DNA of 64,000 nt from Haliotis cracherodii (lineage: Eukaryota), in NCBI RefSeq assembly GCF_022045235.1, contig NW_027266343.1, positions 56,792,001-56,856,000 on the forward strand, in the 5' to 3' direction. The notes under the pieces were generated by a model. It saw nothing but the letters and a program-made list of their open reading frames with translations. It did no database searches and was not told the DNA's origin. The translations under genes and the position numbers were made by a program. Below are positions 41,558 to 53,304 of this stretch, piece after piece; position 1 is the first letter of the stretch, and each line of letters opens with the position of its first letter.

Positions 41558-41713
41558 ATGGAGGTCGCTGGAGTACTGAAAAGCGCGCTGACTTCAAAAC
41601 CGGCTGCATATGTTATTGGTGGAACAACTACGCTAGCTGCAGCATATGGTCTTTATAAGTTGTGGCTGTATATGAGCGAAGAAGATGAATATTTTGAGAA
41701 ATTACACACGAGT
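41558..41713 (+). CDS. ARL10: ARL10-like (ARL9/10) small GTPase, exon 1 (N-terminal TM segment)
   Basis: aacATGg start; hydrophobic AAYVIGGTTTLAAAYGLYKLWLY then acidic EEDEY; donor AGT|gtgagt, phase 0. Confidence 0.75.
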
Positions 41714-43642
41714 GTGAGTACATTTGACACGAAATGATGTTGACGGTTGCAGAACTGTCAAATTGCATAGCAACCATTACAAGAAGCAATATCATAGGCT
41801 ACATACTGAGATAAGCGAGATGTTGAACATCTAGGCCTATTTCACGCCAATAGAGTTCATGTATGTATGTGATGCCTGCATCCAGTCTAAATTAAATTTG
41901 TAAAGACATGTTTGTGATCTGGAAAGGCGACATTGCATAATTACGCACAGTGTTGTTATACTATTGAGTATCAGGTTCCTTCATGGGTATTTGTATGCAA
42001 GAAACACAAAATAAATTGAGTGATTGTGATATATTTTGCACGTTTTATGCAAATATGATGCTTACAAGGGGCTCGATTTGTGCATACATCATGTAGTTCA
42101 TGTATTTCCTTTCTATCGTAGATTGTACTGATGCTTCTATAGGATGTTAGAAACATGATAAAGAAGTTGCATCTCCTATTGATTTGAGATTAATTCATAG
42201 CAGGAATGAGAACGAGCTTAACTGTCATCTTGCGTATGATGTCATTTGACAATTGGATTGCTCATCATCTCTTTCATGAGTCCGACATTTGGACACAAAT
42301 TAGAGTCTGAGACAATCCATACATCTGACTATAGATTTCTAAAACGATCTTGGAGCTAAGATTATTGTAAAGCTATCATATTAAGGAAGTCATCCCTATC
42401 TTTGAAACTACTGTAGACTTAAGATATTGTAAAAATGTCATAAATCTTAGAAGGATCCATACCTGTCGTAAGTTTACATTTCTATGTAATCTTTTCCCAA
42501 GATTGTGTCATACTTTGCCACATATATATTTAATAAGGATGGATTCACAGCTGTAGAAACAAACATTTTTAGTCCACTTGTCCTCATTATAAAAACATAT
42601 ATAGCAAAACCCTTAAAAACGACAAATTTCTACTAGTCCTTATGATGCTGTAACTATTGGGCAGGTTAGAAAGGACTACAGGACAAGTGCCAATTTCTAA
42701 CGCTGGGTCATAAGAAAACCAGTTCTTTGTCTTGATACACTGGATTGCTTCTCACTCTATCGAATGAACTGCCAAGCTTTAGTTCATTTTATTGAACTTT
42801 TAATCCTTCACTTCAGCGACAGGTTGAACGTTCATGTCCATTCACACCAGAAATCCAAGTACTTGTCACCCAAAGGGATGTTTTTAGTCAGAGCTGACCG
42901 GAATAAAGATCTTTGCAGCATTAGAAATTGGCCCATTTTAAGGGTTTTGCTATATGTTATCATTATAAGGACTAGTTGACAAAAACTGTTAGTTTCTAAC
43001 CCTGTCTTTGTAAGCCATGATTAAAATTTACTGTTGGTCTGGATTCTGATCTATTTAGAATTGTGTGGAAAGTCAGTCAAATAGATGCGTATTAAACATT
43101 GACCTGCTGACAATCATAAGCCGATCACTAATTTCCATGTTAGATCTTGCATGTTGATTTCTTGTCCATGTTTTTGTCTGCGGCTAGGAAATCCCTGTGA
43201 TGTCATTGGGAAACACCCAACGTTGTCTTCAACATAATTTCATAGTTATGATAAGTATCATAGCTTTGTAAAATTGCATGATATGTGACAAATTTAAGTT
43301 AGTTTAGAAGGTGTATCTTATCATATACTTAAAATAGCTTATCTTAAGGTGTACAGTGATTTTGACACAAAAAGTTGTATATATATGTCAATGTCTTAAA
43401 CCCCCCAAATTTGATAAGTCAATCGCAAATGTCAATAAGTCAAATCAACAAAAATGGAGGATGAACCATAACAATAAATCAATGCAATATAGTTTGTGAT
43501 TGGATGAGTATATGATCTGGCCAATGAACATCGTGATAACAAATGCACTTGACTAAGTCACCATAGCTCCTGACAGTGTGTCCCTACGATACAGAAAGTA
43601 TGATGCAAAGACATGTTTTGACTGATCTGTTTCTATATCCAG

Positions 43643-43817
43643 GAAGACCAAAGTGAGCGCCGAGTGTTGATCATCGGCCTTGATGGAGCAGGCAAAACCC
43701 GCTTTGCTCGATGTTTTTGTAAGGGCCGGCGGCGCCTCAGCACAACAGAGGAGACCACGATTGGCTTCTATGTCAACTCTGTGATGCTGGGATCAATCTA
43801 CCTCAACATGTGGGATG
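43643..43817 (+). CDS. ARL10: ARL10-like GTPase exon 2 (P-loop, switch I)
   Basis: RVLIIGLDGAGKT, TTIGF, LNMWD; ccag| acceptor and G|gtaaga donor. Confidence 0.9.
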
Positions 43818-44371
43818 GTAAGACAACTGTTTCTTTAACTTGCAATGCTGACCTCACAAAAGGATTCCTATCACTATTAAAGGTTTAAAAAATAAAAGAA
43901 TTGGATCTCAGGCAATTTTTTTTTTAAAATAAAGTCCGGGCGGGCGGTGTCTTTTTTTTGTTGTTGTTCGAACTAGTATGTAACCATTAAACAGTTGTGT
44001 GATCAATTAACAATTGTGTACAATCAGTCTGGGAGAGGGCCTCCATACATAAATGTATTCCTTGATGAGTAAAATACTGGAATACAGTATTTGACTACCG
44101 TTGGACTTGGAATATTTAATGATTTTTATTGTTGTATTTTTAAAAATGGAAATATAAACGAAACATGTGGCAAACTTAATGATCATGCGGGCGGTGCCTG
44201 CGAACCAAGACTATTATTTTTTTTTGCATAATCAGAAAGGTCAAATATGAAAGCACAGATTTGTTTTATCTCTGAATTGAATGAATGATAACAGTAATAA
44301 ATACAGCTAGGGATAAGACTTGGTTTCATAACAACTGATATATATCCAGAATGGAGTGTACAGTTGTGCAA

Positions 44372-44844
44372 TAGGCATGTCACAATAACTCGGAATATTG
44401 ATATATTGCTATTGGTAAGCACTTAAAGTCAATAAATCGATTGTTTAATCAGTTTCTGATCAATAGTATCAATTTCAGTTAGGAATATCAATAGTTTCGA
44501 TTGTATTTACCATATCATGCGATTGAGTCACCGAAACACGCTCGCGACTGAGCCGAGTGAGGATTAGAGTTAACTGCCCTTGATGTTTGGAAACCGGTCT
44601 TTCTTAAAGTAAAATGGCGGAGGGTGAAACTCAAGTGGAGTTTGTGGCAAACTTGGGTAGAAAATCAAGTGTTTGGAAATCTTTTGGCTATGTTAAAGAA
44701 AATAACAAGTTTGACAAGAAACGTGTTGGATGCCGAAAATCCACCTAAAATGATTCACTGAAAACTATCGATATCTATTGCAACAGTTGATTGCAATATC
44801 AATAGTTATCGCAGTAGTGATTTCCAGACCAATAGTCACCCCTA
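44372..44844 (+). mobile_element. Internally deleted hAT transposon with BED-finger start
   Basis: Perfect 8-bp TSD TTGTGCAA; 44614-44748 encodes MAEGETQVEFVANLGRKSSVWKSFGYVKENNKFDKKRVGCRK*. Confidence 0.8.
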
Positions 44845-44886
44845 TTGTGCAATCATCATGCCATGCTGAGGTTTCTCCTGTTGCAG

Positions 44887-45068
44887 TGGGAGGTTCCGAG
44901 ATGTGCCGGACCTACTGGAAGGAGTTCCTGCTGGACTTGGATGGAATCTGTTACGTTGTGGACTCGTCCGATGCATCCCGGCTAGTTGAGTCGAGACGGG
45001 AGCTGCACAGCTTCCTCACCCAGAAGGGAACAGAGAACATCCCTCTCATCATTGTGGCCACCAAACAG
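44887..45068 (+). CDS. ARL10: ARL10-like GTPase exon 3 (G3, G4)
   Basis: (V)GGSEMCRTYW, YVVDSSD, PLIIVATKQ; ttgcag| acceptor and CAG|gtagtg donor. Confidence 0.9.
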
Positions 45069-45530
45069 GTAGTGTGTCCTCCTCCCACACCACTGGCTGG
45101 TGTCTGGTGCAGTCTGGTACCGATGGAAATGATTTACGGGAACACATGGAACTATTGTAGAGTTTTGTTCAGTGATGTGTCCACAATTGTCATAGTAACA
45201 ATTGTGACTTAGTGTGATATATTATCATGATAGGGATCTAAGTATTTGATACATTGCTAAAATTTCATACCAAAGATTATATTGGCCATTTAGAATTCAT
45301 TACATCAGTACACATGTTATAAGATTTAATTAAAATTAAACCTTTCAACTTGTCATATCTGTTTAGAAATACTTTAAATATTTTCATGAAATTATGTTTC
45401 AGTAACCGAAGATTACATTCAACATCTTTTAGTGTTTCTGTTCATTGACTGGTCTCTCTTACAGACCCCAGAGCATTTATTTAAAACATTCACCTCTATT
45501 TCACTCTCATCCCTATTTCATAGCAGCCTA

Positions 45531-46113
45531 TATTAATCCGAATATCATTAAAATCAGATCTGAGTTCTCGCTGCCGCTAAACAAAGATCTGGGGACATCC
45601 CATTATGGGTCACGTCAGAACGACCATTTGCAAACTTTAACCGACCACTGAAGTGACTAACAAGAAATCGACATCAGCCAGTTAGAAAGCAGCTTTCTCA
45701 AGCTTTACGGCTCTTGTTTCAACCTACAGACTACGCTTGAAAAATATGTTGACACAGTTCTCGATTAAAATTTTGCAAACTGTACAAACAATCATTCTGG
45801 AATGTCTAATATATGGTTGAGATTGTATGGCAGTGCTTCCCACATACTGTTCAATGCCTCCTCCGTTCAAGTGTTTATCCCACTGAAGCGACAGATAGAC
45901 GATAATTTTGACGGAATCAGTCATACGGGTTGTAACTGTCGTTCAGAAAACCCAGTGTTGACGTTTTCGAGGTTGCATGCTTAGAAAACACATTCCGACT
46001 GTCACTTTCATGATCTGGTAAGCGACGCTGTGATTGGTCGGATAAAAGGTCGTTCAGATCTTTGTTTAGCGATAGCAAGAACTAAGATCTGATGTTAATG
46101 AGAATGATATTAA
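45531..46113. mobile_element. MITE with about 60-bp TIRs
   Basis: CATTAAAATCAGATCTGAGTTCT..CGCTAAACAAAGATCTG / CAGATCTTTGTTTAGCG..AGAACTAAGATCTGATGTTAATG. Confidence 0.65.
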
Positions 46114-46114
46114 T

Positions 46115-49100
46115 CCCTTCACAGTTCCAGCAGTCTGTATTCATCCCCTTTTCAGCTCCAACTGCCTATACTCATCCCCTTTTCAGCTCTAGCAGTCTGT
46201 ATTCATCCCCTTTTCAGGTCCAACTGCCTATACTCATCCCCTTTCAGCTCTAGCAGCCTATACTCATCCCCTTTCAACTCTAGCAGCCTATACTCATCCC
46301 CTTTTCAGCTCTAGCAGCCTATACTCATCCCCTTTCAGCTCTAGCAGCCTATACTCATCCCCTTTCAACTCTAGCAGCCTATACTCATCCCCTTTTCAGC
46401 TCTAGCAGCCTATACTCATCCCCTTTCAGCTCTAGCAGCCTATACTCATCCCCTTTCAGCTCTAGCAGCCTATACTCATCCCCATTCAGCTTTAGCAGCC
46501 TATACTCATCCCCTTTCAGCTCTAGCAACCTATACTCATCCCCTTTTCAGCTCTAGCAGCCTATACTCATCCCCTTTCAGCTCTAGCAGCCTATACTCAT
46601 CCCCTTTCAACTCTAGCAGCCTATACTCATCCCCTTTTCAGCTCTAGCAGCCTATACTCATCCCCTTTCAGCTCTAGCAGCCTATACTCATCCCCTTTCA
46701 GCTCTAGCAGCCTATACTCATCCTCATTCAGCTCTAGCAGCCTATACTCATCCCCTTTCAGCTCTAGCAACCTATACTCATCCCCATTCAGCTTTAGCAG
46801 CCTATACTCATCCCCTTTCAACTCTAGCAGCCTATACTCATCCCCTTTTCAGCTCTAGCAGCCTATACTCATCCCCTTTCAGCTCTAGCAGCCTATACTC
46901 ATCCCCTTTCAACTCTAGCAGCCTATACTCATCCCCTTTTCAGCTCTAGCAGCCTATACTCATCCCCTTTCAGCTCTAGCAGCCTATACTCATCCCCTTT
47001 CAGCTCTAGCAGCCTATACTCATCCCCATTCAGCTTTAGCAGCCTATACTCATCCCCTTTCAGCTCTAGCAACCTATACTCATCCCCTTTCAACTCTAGC
47101 AGCCTATACTCATCCCCCTTTCAGCTCTAGCAGTCTATACTCATCCCCCTTTCAGCTCTTGCAGCCTATACTCATCCCCTTTCAGCTCTAGCAGCCTAAA
47201 CTCATCCCCTTTCAGCTCTAGCAGCCTAAACTCATCCCCTTTCAACTCTAGCAGCCTAAACTCATCCCCTTTCAACTCTAGCAGCCTATACTCATCCCCT
47301 TTCAACTCTAGCAGCCTATACTCATCCCCTTTCAACTCTAGCAGCCTATACTCATCCCCTTTCAACTCTAGCAGCCTATACTTATCCCCTTTCAGCTCTA
47401 GCAGCCTATACCCATCCCCTTTCAGCTCTAGCAACCTATACTCATCCCCTTTCAGCTCTAGCAACCTATACTCATCCCTTTTCAGCTCTAGCAGCCTATA
47501 CTCATCCCCTTTCAACTCTAGCAGCCTAAACTCATCCCCTTTCAACTCTAGCAGCCTATACTCATCCCCTTTCAACTCTAGCAGCCTATACTCATCCCCT
47601 TTCAACTCTAGCAGCCTATACTCATCCCCTTTCAACTCTAGCAGCCTATACTTATCCCCTTTCAGCTCTAGCAGCCTAAACTCATCCCCTTTCAGCTCTA
47701 GCAGCCTAAACTCATCCCCTTTCAACTCTAGCAGCCTAAACTCATCCCCTTTCAACTCTAGCAGCCTATACTCATCCCCTTTCAACTCTAGCAGCCTATA
47801 CTCATCCCCTTTCAACTCTAGCAGCCTATACTCATCCCCTTTCAACTCTAGCAGCCTATACTTATCCCCTTTCAGCTCTAGCAACCTATACTCATCCCCT
47901 TTCAGCTCTAGCAACCTATACTCATCCCCTTTCAACTCTAGCAGCCTATACTCATCCCCTTTCAACTCTAGCAGCCTATACTCATCCCCTTTCAACTCTA
48001 GCAGCCTATACCCATCCCCTTTCAGCTCTAGCAACCTATACCCATCCCCTTTCAGCTCTAGCAACCTATACTCATCCCCTTTTCAGCTCTAGCAGCCTAT
48101 ACTCATCCCCTTTCAACTCTAGCAGCCTATACCCATCCCCTTTCAGCTCTAGCAACCTATACCCATCCCCTTTCAGCTCTAGCAACCTATACTCATCCCC
48201 TTTTCAGCTCTAGCAGCCTATACTCATCCCCTTTCAACTCTAGCAGCCTATACCCATCCCCTTTCAGCTCTAGCAACCTATACCCATCCCCTTTCAGCTC
48301 TAGCAGCCTATACTCATCCCCCTTTCAGCTCTAGCAGTCTATACCCATCCCCTTTCAGCTCTAGCAACCTATACCCATCCCCTTTCAGCTCTAGCAACCT
48401 ATACTCATCCCCTTTCAACTCTAGCAACCTATACTCATCCCCCTTTCAGCTCTAGCAGTCTATACTCATCCCCCTTTCAGCTCTAGCAGTCTATACTCAT
48501 CCCCCTTTCAGCTCTAGCAACCTATACCCATCCCCTTTCAGCTCTAGCAGCCTATACCCATCCCCTTTCAGCTCTAGCAACCTATACCCATCCCCTTTCA
48601 GCTCTAGCAGCCTATACTCATCCCCTTTCAGCTCTAGCAGCCTATACTCATCCCCTTTCAACTCTAGCAGCCTATACTCATCCCCTTTCAACTCTAGCAG
48701 CCTATACTCATCCCCTTTCAACTCTAGCAGCCTATACTCATCCCCTTTCAACTCTAGCAGCCTATACCCATCCCCTTTCAGCTCTAGCAGCCTATACTCA
48801 TCCCCTTTCAACTCTAGCAGCCTATACTCATCCCCTTTCAACTCTAGCAGCCTATACCCATCCCCTTTCAGCTCTAGCAGCCTATACTCATCCCCTTTCA
48901 ACTCTAGCAGCCTATACCCATCCCCTTTCAGCTCTAGCAGCCTATACTCATCCCCTTTCAGCTCTAGCAGCCTATACCCATCCCCTTTCAGCTCTAGCAG
49001 CCTATACCCATCCCCTTTCAACTCTAGCAGCCTATACTCATCCCCTTTCAACTCTAGCAGCCTATACTCATCCCCTTTCAACTCTAGCAGCCTATACTCA

Positions 49101-49238
49101 TCCCCTTTCAGCTCTAGCAGCCTATACTCATCCCCTTTCAACTCTAGCAGCCTATACTCATCCCCTTTCAGCTCTAGCAGCCTATACCCATCCCCTTTCA
49201 GCTCTAGCAACCTATACTCATCCCTTTTCAGCTCTAGC
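46115..49238. repeat. 30(-31)-bp minisatellite CTATACTCATCCCCTTTCAGCTCTAGCAGC, about 100 units, in ARL10 intron 3
   Basis: Direct periodicity. Confidence 0.97.
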
Positions 49239-49239
49239 T

Positions 49240-49790
49240 GTGGAGTTCGTCCATGCTTCCGTTAGTCTGTACATCCATCTGTCTGTCCATCCTTCCAAGG
49301 GCACAAGTTTTCTCAAAAACTATTTTAAATTAGAGAATTGAAGTTTACACACTGATATTACTGGTCATGATCTTAAATGAGTTCAATTTTTTACAGAGTT
49401 ATGGCCCTTGCTCCGAGCTTTTAAACTAATTACGTAGTGTCTGCAATTGGGACAAGTTTTCTCAGAAACTTCTGAAGTTATATGAATGATACTTTCCATG
49501 CTTATCTAAGAGATACTTAGACTGAGTTTGAAAATTGGTGCCAGTAATTATTTTTTACAGAGTTATGCTCCTTGCTTCATGCTTTTCAACTTTGTGCCTA
49601 GTGTCTGCAATTGGGATAAGTTTTGTCAGAAAGCACTGACGCTACATGAATGAAAGTTTGCATGCTTATCTATGAGATACTGTGTTCCAAAATTGGTCCT
49701 GTAAAATTATTTTTTGCAGAGTTACTTCCCTTGCTACATGTATTTTAGATTGTGAGGACAAGCCACTGTCAGTTAGGCGGGACATGAAAA
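49240..49790 (-). mobile_element. HINE-like non-autonomous element remnant
   Basis: TCCA/GTCT microsatellite followed by three core repeats containing AAGTTTTCTCAGAAA..CAGAGTTATG. Confidence 0.5.
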
Positions 49791-49802
49791 GACACAGTAA
49801 AG

Positions 49803-52010
49803 CTGTGTTCATGTTGACTACAGTGTGAAGCCCCACTCACTCACTGTGTGTTCATGTTGACTACAGTGTCAAGCCCCACTCACTCACTGTGTTCATGTTG
49901 ACTACAGTGTGAAGCCCCACTCACTCACTCTGTGTTCATGTTGACTACTGTGTGAAGCCCCACTCACTCACTCTGTGTTCATGTTGACTACTGTGTGAAG
50001 CCCCACTCACTCACTGTGTTCATGTTGACTACAGTGTCAAGCCCCACTCACTCACTCACTCTGTGTTCATGTTGACTACAGTGTCAAGCCCCACTCACTC
50101 ACTCTGTGTTCATGTTGACTACTGTGTGAAGCCCCACTCACTCACTGTGTTCATGTTGACTACAGTGTCAAGCCCCACTCACTCACTCTGTGTTCATGTT
50201 GACTACTGTGTGAAGCCCCACTCACTCACTCTGTGTTCATGTTGACTACAGTGTGAAGCCCCACTCACTCACTGTGTTCATGTTGACTACTGTGTGAAGC
50301 CCCACTCACTCACTGTGTTCATGTTGACTACAGTGTGAAGCCCCACTCACTCACTCTGTGTTCATGTTGACTACTGTGTGAAGCCCCACTCACTCACTCT
50401 GTTAATGTTGACTACAGTGTCAAGCCCCACTCACTCACTCTGTGTTCATGTTGACTACAGTGTCAAGCCCCACTCACTCACTCTGTGTTCATGTTGACTA
50501 CAGTGTCAAGCCCCACTCACTCACTGTGTTCATGTTGACTACAGTGTCAAGCCCCACTCACTCACTCTGTGTTCATGTTGACTACTGTGTCAAGCCCCAC
50601 TCACTCACTGTGTTCATGTTGACTACAGTGTGAAGCCCCACTCACTCACTGTGTTCATGTTGACTACAGTGTGAAGCCCCACTCACTCACTGTGTGTTCA
50701 TGTTGACTACAGTGTGAAGCCCCACTCACTCACTGTGTTCATGTTGACTACAGTGTGAAGCCCCACTCACTCACTGTGTTCATGTTGACTACAGTGTGAA
50801 GCCCCACTCACTCACTGTGTTCATGTTGACTACTGTGTGAAGCCCCACTCACTCACTGTGTTCATGTTGACTACTGTGTCAAGCCCCACTCACTCACTGT
50901 GTTCATGTTGACTACAGTGTGAAGCCCCACTCACTCACTGTGTTCATGTTGACTACAGTGTGAAGCCCCACTCACTCACTGTGTTCATGTTGACTACAGT
51001 GTGAAGCCCCACTCACTCACTGTGTGTTCATGTTGACTACAGTGTGAAGCCCCACTCACTCACTGTGTTCATGTTGACTACAGTGTGAAGCCCCACTCAC
51101 TCACTGTGTTCATGTTGACTACAGTGTGAAGCCCCACTCACTCACTGTGTTCATGTTGACTACTGTGTGAAGCCCCACTCACTCACTGTGTTCATGTTGA
51201 CTACAGTGTGAAGCCCCACTCACTCACTGTGTTCATGTTGACTACTGTGTGAAGCCCCACTCACTCACTCTGTGTTCATGTTGACTACTGTGTCAAGCCC
51301 CACTCACTCACTGTGTTCATGTTGACTACAGTGTGAAGCCCCACTCACTCACTGTGTTCATGTTGACTACAGTGTCAAGCCCCACTCACTCACTGTGTTC
51401 ATGTTGACTACTGTGTGAAGCCCCACTCACTCACTGTGTTCATGTTGACTACAGCGTCAAGCCCCACTCACTCACTGTGTTCATGTTGACTACAGTGTCA
51501 AGCCCCACTCACTCACTCTGTGTTCATGTTGACTACAGTGTCAAGCCCCACTCACTCACTCTGTGTTCATGTTGACTACAGTGTCAAGCCCCACTCACTC
51601 ACTCTGTGTTCATGTTGATTACAGTGTGAAGCCCCACTCACTCACTCACTGTGTTCATGTTGACTACAGTGTCAAGCCCCACTCACTCACTCACTCTGTT
51701 AATGTTGACTACAGTGTCAAGCCCCACTCACTCACTCTGTGTTCATGTTGACTACAGTGTCAAGCCCCACTCACTCACTCTGTGTTCATGTTGACTACAG
51801 TGTGAAGCCCCACTCACTCACTCACTGTGTTCATGTTGACTACAGTGTCAAGCCCCACTCACTCACTCACTGTGTTCATGTTGACTACAGTGTCAAGCCC
51901 CACTCACTCACTCTGTGTTCATGTTGACTACAGTGTCAAGCCCCACTCACTCACTCACTGTGTTCATGTTGACTACAGTGTCAAGCCCCACTCACTCACT
52001 CACTCACTCA
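49803..52010. repeat. 40-44-bp minisatellite GTGTTCATGTTGACTACAGTGT(G/C)AAGCCC(CACT)n, about 50 units, in ARL10 intron 3
   Basis: Direct periodicity; unit length varies through the CACT/CT tract. Confidence 0.95.
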
Positions 52011-52308
52011 CAGTCTGTTCTCCTTTCAGGACAAGCCACTATCAATCAAGTCAGACTTGGTGCACACCTGTGTTCATGTTGACCACAGTGTGAAGCCCCA
52101 CTCACTCACTCACTCACTCACTCACTCACTCACTCACAGTCTGTTCTCCTTTCAGGACAAGCCACTATCAATCAAGCCAGACTTGGTGCACACCTGTGTT
52201 CATGTTGACCAGAGTGTCATCCCACTCACTCACTCACTCACTCACTCACTCACTCACTCAGTGTCAAGCGCCTGTTCATTCACTCACAATAGTCTGTTCT
52301 CGTTGCAG

Positions 52309-52494
52309 GACAAGCCACTATCAATCACGCCAGACTTGGTGTACAGCTACATGCAAGTGGACAACTTTGCCAAGACCCGTCCAATCCACCTTGTCTCAGT
52401 CCAAGCACCAGACCGTGGCCAGCGCAAGGGATTCATGGAAACATATCGTATCTTTGAGAGTCTTCAGAAGAGGCGGAGACATAAGTCAGCTTGA
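52309..52494 (+). CDS. ARL10: ARL10-like GTPase exon 4 (last coding exon)
   Basis: Completes TKQ|D; DKPLSITPDLVYSYMQV..RPIHLVSVQA..GFMETYRIFESL*; four exons give 232 aa. Confidence 0.8.
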   Translation, partial: DKPLSITPDLVYSYMQVDNFAKTRPIHLVSVQAPDRGQRKGFMETYRIFESLQKRRRHKSA

Positions 52495-53304
52495 TCGTAT
52501 CGCTTTGACAAAAACAAGCACATACAGTTTATCCCATAGCTCTTTGACTCCATGAACAGTTTATCTCCTGTTGTCTTGTAAGCATGGTGCTTTTATTTAG
52601 TATGTTTAGTATACATTTAAATTTATATCCTGTTTATCTTTATAAGATGCAGTCTTTATGATAGTATTAACATTTTACATTTTAGATAATATTTACAAAA
52701 ATATTTCTGAATCCTTTTATGTGGATAATTTGCAATATTTATGGTTTTGCACCACTGCAAGTCACGTCAATGTATTTAGCAATTATTTATTTGAATACTT
52801 ATCATATTTTCAAAGATGTTTTTAATCTACATATTGGTTGTGATATAACATGGAGCTTTTGACATGTTTACACATACATCTGAAACGTGTGTTTACACAT
52901 ACAGCCTGGTCAATATTTGCTATCCAGTCGTACAGAAACTCAGTGCTGTAGTCTACAAACAGTATTTGTTGTACAACATTGTTTACCTATATTTCAAGGT
53001 GATGTGCTGTGTTTTATTATTTTTATGTTTTGTTATGTTTCTTGCCTTTTATTGCCTTTTGTTGGAAAAAACCTCTTGCAGATCCAGAGAGAAAATTCAG
53101 GGGTGCTCACGCCAACTTGTGATGCATACTTAAACATTTGTACATTCAGGAATTTTATGAAAGATCGGTTGTACAAAATGTAAACATGTAACAATGCTAT
53201 CACAAACTCATTCGTGAAATAATTTCAACAAAATTACATGATTATAAATGAACATGAATTGTTCAATCACAATTTGCACTTAAACCCGGGTACCTACTCA
53301 TGTG

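Noticed and set aside
46627-49210. (LLELKGDEYR)n ORFs on the minus strand
   Set aside because: By-product of the 30-bp unit; repeatedly broken by 31-bp variants; lies antisense within an intron.
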